The position numbers and the translations under genes were made by a program. A model generated the notes under the pieces. The model had not been told where the DNA came from, did no database searches, and saw nothing but the letters and a program-made list of their open reading frames with translations. Below, piece by piece: positions 38,335 to 47,414 of a DNA stretch of 64,000 nt (position 1 is its first letter; every line of letters begins with the position of its first letter). The stretch comes from Candidatus Sungiibacteriota bacterium (GTDB taxonomy: Bacteria; Patescibacteriota; Minisyncoccia; Sungbacterales; HO2-52-23). Location: contig JACPBG010000001.1 in assembly GCA_016180435.1 (NCBI GenBank), positions 136,358 to 200,357 of the forward strand. Reading direction: 5' to 3'.

Positions 38335-40062
38335 CTATTTTTCATCCGGCGGTATCTCGTAATAATTCAAAATATACTCCGCCAAATCATGAAACGCCGT
38401 AGTCAGAGTGTTAGCCGCAAAACGATTCCCCGTAGGAGAGTTAAGCTGCAAAAATACCAGAAACTTCGGATTAAACGCCGGCGCATATCCGACAAAAGAA
38501 TGAATTACTTCATCCGAATACCCCCGGCCGTCGCGACGTGGAATTTGAGCTGTGCCGGTTTTTCCTGCCACAAAATATCCTTTAACGCCTGCCCGATTTT
38601 CATATCCTATCCGCACCACGGAAATAAGCATTTTAGTCAGAGTTTCGGCGGTTTCTTTGGAAATCACCTGCCGCACTTCCTGCGGTTCCTTTTTAATTTC
38701 ATTCCCCGAATCATCCACAATTCTTTCAACAACATAAGGCCGCATCAATTTACCCTCATTAGCAATGGCGCCTGCCGCCATCGCCATCTGCAAAGGGGTT
38801 ACGGCGATTCCCTGCCCGAAAGATGCGGTGGCAAAGTCAATTTCCCGCTCCGCGGAAAGATTGGAAATATTTCCGGAGACCTCTCCCGGCAGATCAATGC
38901 CGGTTTTTTCGCCAAACCCAAATTTTTTCAAAAAAGCCCACTGCCGGTCGCGGCCCAATAACCGTGCCACGTGCACCGCCCCGGTATTTAACGATTTTTC
39001 AAGAACCTGAGTCATAGTCTGCGTTTTATAGGTTTTGCCGTCAAAATTTTTAATGGTATAACCCTTGATCTTTATCTCTCCGAAGTCATAATAGGTCGAA
39101 TCCGGACGGACCACGCCATCTTCGATACCTCCGGCCATGGTGATGGGCTTCATAACCGATCCCAATTCATACATTGATTCCGCCGCCGGATTCAAAAAAA
39201 CAGAAAAATCCTTTTCCCTTGAAAAAGCATTCGGGTCAAATGCCGGAGATGAAGCCAGCGCCAGAATTCTTCCGGTCCTCGGCTCAAGAACAATTGCCAG
39301 ACCCCGATCCGCCTCCCATTTTTTTCTATAGGCCGCGAGCACTTCTTCCGTTTTTTGCTGTATATTGTGATCCAGCGTCAAAAAAAGTTTTGATCCCTCT
39401 TTGGGCGGATGGATGATCCGGCGTCCGAGGGCCACCCAAAAACCGGCAGCATCTTTCACGCCCTCAAGCATCCCCTTGTTCCCGGCAAGGTCCGATTCGT
39501 AGTAACGCTCCAATCCGTATCGTCCTTCCTCATCCTCCTGAATCCTGCTGACAAACCCGAGTAAATGCGCAGCCATGGCGCCATACGGATAATAACGCGC
39601 CTTCCCCTCCTCAATATAAATGCCCGGCAGGCGGCGCGCCGCAATGCGCTCAGCCGATTCCCGGCTGATATTTTTTTCTAATACTTCGTAAAAGTCCCCT
39701 TTCTTCCCAAGTTTAGCGAAAATCTCTTCCTGCGGAAGCGATAAGTCCTTTCCAAGAATTTCCGCGAGTTCAGCAGGACTTGCGATGTCTTCCGGGGATG
39801 CAATAACCGCCCAAGACGATCGGCTGATTGCCAATGGTATGGAATTACCGAATTTATCGCCGGCAAAAATGGAACCCCGTTCTGCCAAAAGTTCCACAAC
39901 CTGCCGATGCTGGCGGGACGCGGATTTAACAAAATCCTTATGATCAATAATCTGCAATTGAAAAAGCCTGCCGAGAAGAGCCAGTCCTGCCGTCAAAAAA
40001 AAGAGGAGGATCCAATTCATCCGCCTCCTTATACTTGCGTCAAATTTAGGAATGCGTGGCAT
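38335..40062 (-). CDS. ftsI: Peptidoglycan D,D-transpeptidase (PBP2/FtsI class B penicillin-binding protein)
   Basis: SVMKP (SxxK), KTGTAQ (KTG) and N-terminal TM/dimerisation region; position after ftsL. Confidence 0.85.
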   Translation of the reverse strand: MPRIPKFDASIRRRMNWILLFFLTAGLALLGRLFQLQIIDHKDFVKSASRQHRQVVELLAERGSIFAGDKFGNSIPLAISRSSWAVIASPEDIASPAELAEILGKDLSLPQEEIFAKLGKKGDFYEVLEKNISRESAERIAARRLPGIYIEEGKARYYPYGAMAAHLLGFVSRIQEDEEGRYGLERYYESDLAGNKGMLEGVKDAAGFWVALGRRIIHPPKEGSKLFLTLDHNIQQKTEEVLAAYRKKWEADRGLAIVLEPRTGRILALASSPAFDPNAFSREKDFSVFLNPAAESMYELGSVMKPITMAGGIEDGVVRPDSTYYDFGEIKIKGYTIKNFDGKTYKTQTMTQVLEKSLNTGAVHVARLLGRDRQWAFLKKFGFGEKTGIDLPGEVSGNISNLSAEREIDFATASFGQGIAVTPLQMAMAAGAIANEGKLMRPYVVERIVDDSGNEIKKEPQEVRQVISKETAETLTKMLISVVRIGYENRAGVKGYFVAGKTGTAQIPRRDGRGYSDEVIHSFVGYAPAFNPKFLVFLQLNSPTGNRFAANTLTTAFHDLAEYILNYYEIPPDEK

Positions 40063-40065
40063 ACA

Positions 40066-40452
40066 TTATGGAATTTGTGCCGAGAATTGAGAGGCAACGA
40101 AACTTGAAGGAGTAATAAATTGCATCACCGATATCTTCTGCATAGATTCTAAAACGTTTTTATGCTCGGATGCAAGCGAAGAAAGCGCGATTTGCGCTTC
40201 AATCTCCTTTTCTTCAAGCGCCACCTCGGCTTTACGAAGCTCCGCGCTATTACTGCGAATTTGAAACCCGAGGTCAAATGTCATATAAAGCGCAGCGGCA
40301 TAAACCAGAACGGATATGGCGACAAGCGCCAGAAGAACCGCCGAGAACGAACGCGTACGCATGATTTCCCGAATCGTAAAATATCTAACGGACGGAAACC
40401 GAAAAAACGGGAGTCCAAGGATTTTTTGTTGCGCCAGAATTAAATAAGTCAT
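40066..40452 (-). CDS. ftsL: Cell division protein FtsL-like (single TM plus coiled coil)
   Basis: 128 aa bitopic protein between rsmH and ftsI. Confidence 0.5.
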   Translation of the reverse strand: MTYLILAQQKILGLPFFRFPSVRYFTIREIMRTRSFSAVLLALVAISVLVYAAALYMTFDLGFQIRSNSAELRKAEVALEEKEIEAQIALSSLASEHKNVLESMQKISVMQFITPSSFVASQFSAQIP

Positions 40453-40531
40453 ATACGAGAACTTAGATCTTAGAATTTAGAACTTAGAGTCTAAAATATT
40501 ATATAAATATAAATTTTCTAAGTTCTATGTT

Positions 40532-41422
40532 CTAATACGCTTTTATGGCGGCGCGGAGCTTAGCCGAGCGCGCCCTCGGATTTTCCATTATTTCAATCCA
40601 CGACGCTTTAATCGGCTTTTTAGTCAAAATTTTAAGCGTGCCCGATTTTGATTCTTTTTTAAAAAATTCTTTGACGATACGATCCTCAAGCGAGTGGAAA
40701 GAAATCACGACAATTTTGCCACCCGTTCTAATCGCATCCCGCGCAACCGGCAAAACATTCTCTAAATTTTCAAGTTCGTGATTGACCGCTATACGAAGCG
40801 CCTGGAAAGTGCGGGTGGCGAAATGAATCCGTCCATAGCGGTAACCGGGCGGGACGCTTCGCGAAATAATTTCGACAAATTCAGCTGTCGACTGAATCCG
40901 ATGTTGGCGGCGGGCGCGCTCGATACCCTGCGCAATTTGACTTGCAAATCGCTCTTCTCCATAGAGGCGAAGGATATCCTCAATTGCCGCGCATTCCCAA
41001 GTATTGATGATTTTCTCTGCCGTAAGGCCATTGAATTTAACATCATACCTCATGTCGAGCGGTTCTCGTTTCAGGAACGAAAACCCGCGACCAGATTCTT
41101 CAAGGTGATGCGAACTAAAACCAAGATCAAAAAGGATTCCGCAAGGCGCATCCAGATTATGTTCTCGTATAATATCTCCAAGATTTGCATAATTATCACA
41201 AACTAATTTTATATTTTTATTTCTAAGTTCTAAGTTCTTGACTCTAAGTTCTTCGATGAGATCGCAATCCCAATCTATACCAAGCACCAATCCTTTTTCT
41301 CCAACTCTTTCGGCAATCGCCCTGGCATGCCCTCCGCCGTTAACTGTTGCATCCACATACACCTCACCTGGTTGAGGATTGAAGATTTCTAGAACTTCGT
41401 TCAGTAAAGCCGGCTTATGCAT
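40532..41422 (-). CDS. rsmH: 16S rRNA (cytosine1402-N4)-methyltransferase RsmH/MraW
   Basis: Family-wide similarity (GGHARAI..., DLGFSS, FHSLEDRIVK). Confidence 0.9.
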   Translation of the reverse strand: MHKPALLNEVLEIFNPQPGEVYVDATVNGGGHARAIAERVGEKGLVLGIDWDCDLIEELRVKNLELRNKNIKLVCDNYANLGDIIREHNLDAPCGILFDLGFSSHHLEESGRGFSFLKREPLDMRYDVKFNGLTAEKIINTWECAAIEDILRLYGEERFASQIAQGIERARRQHRIQSTAEFVEIISRSVPPGYRYGRIHFATRTFQALRIAVNHELENLENVLPVARDAIRTGGKIVVISFHSLEDRIVKEFFKKESKSGTLKILTKKPIKASWIEIMENPRARSAKLRAAIKAY

Positions 41423-41492
41423 ATCTTTACGAAATACGAATTTTTGCGAATGTACGAATTCGTATATTCGTACTGATTCGTAATTCGTAAAG

Positions 41493-41927
41493 TTAATAAA
41501 GTCCCAGTTCCCCTAATTTCTCCGCTATCATATCCGCATTCTTCTCAACCTCTTTTTTATAATTTTCCCAGCGTTCCATATCCCAAATTTCCAAACGGTT
41601 CTGCACTCCGACAATCGTCACCCTTTGGGCAAGGCCCGCATATTCTTTAAGATAGTCCGGCACAAGTATCCTTCCCAACTGATCAAGTTCCACCTCAACC
41701 GCGCCGGAGAACTGCAAACGCAAAAAACTTCGCGCATCCGCCTGCCCCGTAGAAAGTTGTTCCAATTTTCCACTAACCCTCGCCCACTGTGCCATAGGAT
41801 ACAAAACCAGACAGTTGTTAAGGCCTCTTGTCAAAATCGCCTTCTCCCCGATTTCTTTGCGAAGTTTAGCCGGCACCGCAAGCCGTTTTTTGGAATCAAT
41901 ATTATGAAGGTATTCACCAATTAACAT
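41493..41927 (-). CDS. mraZ: Transcriptional regulator MraZ
   Basis: Duplicated MraZ fold, MLIGEYLHNIDSKKRLAVPAKLR..; first gene of the dcw cluster. Confidence 0.88.
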   Translation of the reverse strand: MLIGEYLHNIDSKKRLAVPAKLRKEIGEKAILTRGLNNCLVLYPMAQWARVSGKLEQLSTGQADARSFLRLQFSGAVEVELDQLGRILVPDYLKEYAGLAQRVTIVGVQNRLEIWDMERWENYKKEVEKNADMIAEKLGELGLY

Positions 41928-42195
41928 AGCAGTGATGCCAATCTACGAATTTAATGCCAATCTACAAATTGCGAATTTACGAATCCTCTACTTCCCTCCC
42001 GCCTAATAAGTTAGTAAGTCCTATTTACCCGGCGAGATGATCCGATTTCGAGACCATGATTTGGTCGAGCGGGCATGGTTCCGAGCGAAGCCAAATTTGA
42101 TTTGGCGAAGCGAGGAGAGCGAGACCAAATCCTGAGGTGAGCGAGCACGCCGGGCGAGCGATAGCCGAGTCGAGAAATTGGATTATCTCGTCGGG

Positions 42196-42300
42196 TTATC
42201 CCCAAAACAACTAACTTATCCACAATCTTATCCACTTTTCACCACTTCACTTATATATTATCCCACTTTGATACATTATGCAATGATGTCAACCCACTTT
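42196..42300. promoter_or_regulatory. Cluster of DnaA-box-like 9-mers (TTATCCACA, TTATCCACT, TTATCCCAC, TTATCCCCA) upstream of mraZ
   Basis: Read directly: TTATCCACA at 42216-42224 is a perfect consensus box, with three one-mismatch boxes within 100 bp. Confidence 0.45.
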
Positions 42301-42377
42301 ATTCAAAATAAAAAACGGCTTATCTAAGCCGTTGATCCAAGAATTCATTCACAGGTTTTCCACTATTCAGGAAATCT

Positions 42378-43532
42378 CTATAAAATTACCCCGGATAGGC
42401 ACTTATAATGAATACCGCGTTGCCTAAGATGATCCAGCATGAAAATGAAATTTCCTTCGGAACGTCCGATGTATTCGGGCGGATTTATGCCTCTTCGCTT
42501 GAATTTACCGTCAAGAATGAGACGCGCTGCGCCGGTTGCGGTATATCCGGTAGTGCGGGCCATGGAAGTAGTCTGGGTCAAAAAATCATACTGGTCAAAA
42601 AGGTTGTAGGTAATTTTTTGAGAAATGCCGTTACACGTACCTTCAATAACCAAACGAACAACGGTCAATTCCTTTTCCTGTTCACCGAGCCGCCACTTGT
42701 TCATAATAATTTTTGTGTTGAAATCAAAAGGACGAATGACATTGCCCTCAAATTCTATGGGCGCGAGCGATAAAAAACCGCTGGCCTGCAATGCCTTATA
42801 TAAACCGATATGACCCGGGTATCGAAGAGTTTGCTCTTTCATATTCGGAATGTGTTTCATAGTATGAAGAAGCGTGCGCAAGCCATCCGTGTCAAATGCC
42901 TCCAGTGTCCCAACGGTGTCAAATTCTACGGTCCGTATATTTGAAAGAGCCGGGACCGTAACCACCTGACCATTTTCCACAAAACGCGCAGGGCGCGTGT
43001 ATTCCTCAATAACGTCGGCTGGCGAAAACGGCGCCTTGTATTCCCAAGGCCATTTACGAACAACCGGCAATCCGCCTACCAAGGCCTCGTAATGCGTAAT
43101 TGCCATATGCCCATCATGGTATCCGAGAATAATGTTGGTCATGCCCGGACATACGCCGCAATCCACTATGGCGATAACATCATTTTTCCCGGCAAGCTCG
43201 TCTAATTTTAACGGATCTTCTGCAGAAAAAGTTATGTCCACCACATTTTTTCCGGCCTCAATAATATTCTTAAGCGTGGCAAATCCCATCCGGCTTAGCA
43301 CGGCCGAGACCACCAGATCGGCATCCTTTATAACTTGGCGCAGTGTTTCGGCATTGGATATATCCGCGCACACGGTTTGTACGCCATTTTTAGCCAGAGG
43401 TTCAAGCCGTGTTCGGTTTATATCCACCGCGGTCACCAAATAGTTTTTATTAAGATCAACCGCAATGGCTTTACCAACCATTCCTGCGCCCAATACCACA
43501 ACATGTTCCTCTTTCAAGGTGCTCTCCAACAA
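42378..43532 (-). CDS. Saccharopine dehydrogenase-family NAD(P)-binding oxidoreductase
   Basis: N-terminal Rossmann motif VVVLGAGMVGKAIAVDL. Confidence 0.65.
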   Translation of the reverse strand: MLESTLKEEHVVVLGAGMVGKAIAVDLNKNYLVTAVDINRTRLEPLAKNGVQTVCADISNAETLRQVIKDADLVVSAVLSRMGFATLKNIIEAGKNVVDITFSAEDPLKLDELAGKNDVIAIVDCGVCPGMTNIILGYHDGHMAITHYEALVGGLPVVRKWPWEYKAPFSPADVIEEYTRPARFVENGQVVTVPALSNIRTVEFDTVGTLEAFDTDGLRTLLHTMKHIPNMKEQTLRYPGHIGLYKALQASGFLSLAPIEFEGNVIRPFDFNTKIIMNKWRLGEQEKELTVVRLVIEGTCNGISQKITYNLFDQYDFLTQTTSMARTTGYTATGAARLILDGKFKRRGINPPEYIGRSEGNFIFMLDHLRQRGIHYKCLSGVIL

Positions 43533-43658
43533 AAGATCAAAACTATACCATGCATATCATGATCAAGTTTAAATTACAATATAGACCCTATCACGTCGCC
43601 ATCGAACTGGATTATATATTTTAGCAGGCCGAAAAAATTCTAAGTTAGATTTATTAAT

Positions 43659-43693
43659 GTTTTTCACTAATTCGCGATCGCGAATTAGTGAAA
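43659..43693. promoter_or_regulatory. Perfect palindrome (family F, copy 2) upstream of the saccharopine-DH-family gene
   Basis: tttttcactaattcgcgatcgcgaattagtgaaaa; same TTCGCGATCGCGAA core as 16817-16858. Confidence 0.5.
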
Positions 43694-43913
43694 ATTAATA
43701 AAAAATGGGTCCCCATGGGCAAGCCCCGTCACCAAAATTTTGACAGTTTCTGTGCCGCCCCGAATAAGCTGGCGGGATATACTCTGTATTTCTTGATATA
43801 TGTTCATCTCTCTTGGGATGGAAACGAAAGCGGCAGTCAAAATTTGGTGCGGGGCAAGCCCATGATCTTTTGGAGCATGGATAAAAATCCGCCTAAAGGC
43901 GACTACAATGAAG

Positions 43914-44027
43914 CTCCGACCTGCAAGCAGGTCGGTATCAAAGGTATCTTCTCGACTTAGCTCTAAGAATATTGTTCGAGCCTGTCGAGAACCTACCAAT
44001 GGTAACCGACCAGCAAGCTGGTCGGAA
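43914..44027. repeat. MITE-like family D, copy 2 (inverted)
   Basis: Reverse complement aligns with 30365-30512, minus its 30-nt insertion. Confidence 0.65.
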
Positions 44028-44049
44028 TTATCAAGTTAAAAAACCAATT

Positions 44050-44076
44050 ATACAAAAAGCCCGAGAGAATTCGGGC
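44050..44076 (-). terminator. Intrinsic terminator after aspS
   Basis: Hairpin GCCCGAgagaatTCGGGC followed on the minus strand by tttttgtat. Confidence 0.6.
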
Positions 44077-44098
44077 CTAAAATGAGTAAGAGGATTCA

Positions 44099-45514
44099 CT
44101 ATAGAGGCTTAGCCTCTATAGTAATATGCAGTTCTTTAAGCTGTTTTTTGTCTATTTCCGAGGGCGCATCCATCATAAGATCCCGGCCGTCGCCGGTTTT
44201 CGGAAAGGCGATGACTTCACGGATATTCGGCTCATTTTGCAGAATCATCACCAAGCGGTCAATTCCCGGAGCAATTCCTCCGTGCGGCGGCACTCCATAA
44301 CGAAACGCTTCCAGCATATGGCCAAATTGCCGCTCTACTGCCTCCGGCGCATTGCCCAACGCCTCAAACACGGCTTTCAGAAGTTCCGGATCATGAATGC
44401 GGATGGATCCTCCGCCGATCTCGTATCCGTTCAACACAAAATCGTATTGGTCGGCCAGCATCTCGCCCGGCCGCTCCTTAAATTCTTTCCAAAACATTTC
44501 TACATTCTCCACGCGCGGTTTGGTAAAAGGATGATGCGTCGCATCCCAACGCCGTTCGGTCTCCTTCCACTCAAATGCCGGAAAATCCACCACAAAAAGA
44601 AAGGCAAGTTCATCCTTATCATTTTTATCTTTACGCACATCCGGCTTATCCGTACCGTATTTTTCCATGGCTTCCTTATACGTCATAACCGGGATTCGGC
44701 CATCCGCTTCAAGCGTTAATCTCTTATCTGGAAATAATGTCCTCACCAGGGATAAATACAATTTTTCGGTCATAGCAAGTATTTCTTCTCTGTCGGTAAA
44801 ACTCATCTCTATATCAAGCTGGGTAAATTCCGGCTGTCTATCCCCCCTGGTATCTTCATCCCGGAAACAGCGGGCAATTTGGAAATAGCGCTCAATTCCG
44901 GCAACCATCAGAAGCTGTTTATACTGCTGGGGTGATTGGGGAAGCGCATAAAATTTTCCCGGATAAATGCGGGAGGGCACCACATAATCCCGTGCGCCCT
45001 CGGGCGTTGACTTGGTAAGAATCGGCGTCTCAATTTCAATAAAATTATTTTTGTGCAAAAAATCCCGCATATAAGCAATCACTTTATCGCGCACAACCAG
45101 ATCGTTTTTCAGACGCTCCCGGCGCAAGTCCAAATACCGATAATGCAGACGATTTTCCTCGCCTATCTCGTATCCATCCGTATCCAGAGCAAAAGGCGGG
45201 GTCTTTGATTCATTAAGTATATTCAGGCCATCCGCTTCAACTTCAATCAAACCCGTCGCCAAAACAGGATTTTCCATGTTTTTGGGGCGTTTCTTTACCG
45301 TGCCCCGAATTTCAACCACCCATTCGGAACGAAGCTGATTGGCACTCGCCAGCAATTCCTTACGCGCCGGCGAAAAAACAACCTGCACAATCCCCCAACG
45401 GTCGCGCAAATCAATAAAAATAAGTTTGCCGTGATCGCGCCGCACATGAACCCAGCCCAGCAGAGTTACCGATTCGCCTATTTTGTTTACTGTGTCTTTA
45501 GTGAGAGTACGCAT
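44099..45514 (-). CDS. aspS: Aspartate--tRNA ligase (short, archaeal/eukaryal-like form, likely non-discriminating)
   Basis: Class II motifs, N-terminal OB fold, 471 aa with no bacterial GAD insertion; QSPQ..., GGGSIRIHD, GIDRLVM. Confidence 0.9.
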   Translation of the reverse strand: MRTLTKDTVNKIGESVTLLGWVHVRRDHGKLIFIDLRDRWGIVQVVFSPARKELLASANQLRSEWVVEIRGTVKKRPKNMENPVLATGLIEVEADGLNILNESKTPPFALDTDGYEIGEENRLHYRYLDLRRERLKNDLVVRDKVIAYMRDFLHKNNFIEIETPILTKSTPEGARDYVVPSRIYPGKFYALPQSPQQYKQLLMVAGIERYFQIARCFRDEDTRGDRQPEFTQLDIEMSFTDREEILAMTEKLYLSLVRTLFPDKRLTLEADGRIPVMTYKEAMEKYGTDKPDVRKDKNDKDELAFLFVVDFPAFEWKETERRWDATHHPFTKPRVENVEMFWKEFKERPGEMLADQYDFVLNGYEIGGGSIRIHDPELLKAVFEALGNAPEAVERQFGHMLEAFRYGVPPHGGIAPGIDRLVMILQNEPNIREVIAFPKTGDGRDLMMDAPSEIDKKQLKELHITIEAKPL

Positions 45515-45561
45515 AGTTTATACCATAACATATTTTACATAAAATTCTAATCTCTAATTTC

Positions 45562-45671
45562 GAGTTTGGTGAATAATGCATAAATAAATTATTTTTCGAG
45601 CAAGCCGCAACAGCGGCGCGTCGAGAAATTACCTTAATCCATAATGTACTTCTCGACAGGCTCGAAGAATA
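45562..45671. repeat. MITE-like family E, copy 1 (inverted, one terminus only)
   Basis: Matches the reverse complement of 60105-60247; shares the ttcgagcctgtcgagaa core with family D. Confidence 0.65.
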
Positions 45672-45718
45672 AAAGTTGCTTAAAATCTTAATTCTAAAAC
45701 ATAGATTCGACAAGATCG

Positions 45719-47341
45719 CTATAAATTCTGGGATTCCTTATTGAACGGAAGTTCAACGAAGAAAGTGGACCCCTTTCCCGAACCCCCTGATTCCGCCCAG
45801 ATTTTCCCTCCGTGATCCTCCACAACTTTTTTGGCAAAATACAAACCCAAACCCAATCCATTCGGATCAACGCGCGCCGCATCCTCAACCCTGGCAAACT
45901 TCACAAAAAGTTTATGTATATTTTCGGGGCTTATTCCGATGCCGTCATCTTTAACGCTTATTCTGATTTGGTCGCGCATCCTATTTATGGATACCAGCAC
46001 TTTCCCGTTGCGCTTGGTATATTTTACCGCGTTATCCACCAAATTAATGAATACCTCGCGGATTTTATCTTTATCACAAATTGCCCAAAGTTCGGTTCCG
46101 GCCCTATTTTCAAATTGCAAATTAAGTTCAAGTTTTTCGGCTTTAATTTTTAATCCGTCAACCGCATCATCCAAAATTTTAACAACATTATTTTTAACCA
46201 TCTCGTACTGTATTTTTCCGGATTCAATGCGCGAAAGATTCAATAAATCGGAGATCAGACGTATAAGATTCTCCGTGGAAATCGCCATCTTGGTAATCAC
46301 TTCCAGCGCCTTTACGCTTAATTTGCCAAATCCGCCCTCCAGAAGCATGGAAGCGTATCCTTTGATCGCAGTAAGCGGGCTGCGCAACTGATGGGATGCG
46401 ATGGAAAGAAATTCGGACTTGGCCTGATCAAGTTTTTTCAGTTCTTCATTGGCAATTTCAAGATCATGCGTCAACACTTCCAATTTTTCACGTTGCTCAG
46501 CTTCGCGCACAGTACCCCTGATCAGTAAATAACTGAATATGCCGCCTCCAATCAGTAAAATGACTTTTCGTATAAGCTCATCCGTAGTGCGCGAAAGAGA
46601 CGTTTCAATGAAAAATATGATAAGAATGATCGCAACGAATATTTCGGTTGCAATTAGACGGGCATTAAGCAGGCGGTGCATGGTAATCGCGTAAGTTATA
46701 AGTATTACCCAAACAATCGTAGAAACGGGTCCGATCCAAATATATTGAAATATGTTCAAGAGGGGCGCAAAAACATTTGTAATAGCCGCAATTGAAAGTA
46801 CAATATAGGTTCCCAGGGTTATATACAAAATCTGGGTTTTAAGATTTTCATCTTTAAGTTTAATCCGTGTTTTGATCAATTTTAAAAGGGCAAGTCCCAT
46901 AAAAACCCAGAGTTGAATGTCAAAAAGCAGGCGCCCCGGTCCGTAAAGAAATCCCTTTATTCCCGTATCGGTAACAAAATAACCTCCAATTATGAAATCA
47001 GAGAAGAAATAAAGAATAAACAATATGAATGACGTAACAAATATGGCAAAAGTTTTTATGCGCGGCAATTTACTATCAGAAATGAAGGTTTCAACAAAAA
47101 AATAAAACGCCGGCGCTGTAAAGCCGCCGGCTAAATATAAAAATCGCGCCGACAAATCAGAAAGCATTGGACTGGAAGTCCATAAAAATAAACTCACTCC
47201 GAATCCCCACATCGCGGCGGTAAACACAAAAATCGAATACGCAACGCTTGCGACATATCCTTGGCTTTGAAAATAAAATATGAGTGAAATAGCGGCAACA
47301 ATAAGCGCGACAAGCAATGTTGCCAGAATTATTGGATCCAT
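45719..47341 (-). CDS. Sensor histidine kinase with large polytopic N-terminal membrane domain
   Basis: HisKA H-box SEFLSIASHQLRSPLT, then N, D/G1 (DDGIGI) and G2 boxes; no response regulator in the window. Confidence 0.8.
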   Translation of the reverse strand: MDPIILATLLVALIVAAISLIFYFQSQGYVASVAYSIFVFTAAMWGFGVSLFLWTSSPMLSDLSARFLYLAGGFTAPAFYFFVETFISDSKLPRIKTFAIFVTSFILFILYFFSDFIIGGYFVTDTGIKGFLYGPGRLLFDIQLWVFMGLALLKLIKTRIKLKDENLKTQILYITLGTYIVLSIAAITNVFAPLLNIFQYIWIGPVSTIVWVILITYAITMHRLLNARLIATEIFVAIILIIFFIETSLSRTTDELIRKVILLIGGGIFSYLLIRGTVREAEQREKLEVLTHDLEIANEELKKLDQAKSEFLSIASHQLRSPLTAIKGYASMLLEGGFGKLSVKALEVITKMAISTENLIRLISDLLNLSRIESGKIQYEMVKNNVVKILDDAVDGLKIKAEKLELNLQFENRAGTELWAICDKDKIREVFINLVDNAVKYTKRNGKVLVSINRMRDQIRISVKDDGIGISPENIHKLFVKFARVEDAARVDPNGLGLGLYFAKKVVEDHGGKIWAESGGSGKGSTFFVELPFNKESQNL

Positions 47342-47414
47342 AATTTTAGTTTAACAGCAAATATACAAATTTAAAAGCCCCGATTTTTGAAACCAGAGGG
47401 CCTGATTATCTATA

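Noticed and set aside
42011-42235. 74-aa minus ORF in the mraZ upstream region
   Set aside because: It coincides with the GC-rich hairpin stretch and the DnaA-box cluster, with no RBS and an Arg-rich low-complexity translation; treated as non-coding.
42196-42300. Calling the DnaA-box cluster oriC
   Set aside because: Genes on both sides are on the same (minus) strand, and dnaA/dnaN are not in view. Reported instead as a DnaA-box cluster of unknown role.
43688-43960. 90-aa plus ORF upstream of the saccharopine-DH-family gene
   Set aside because: Its 3' part is encoded by MITE family D copy 2. Likely a chance ORF through repeat sequence.
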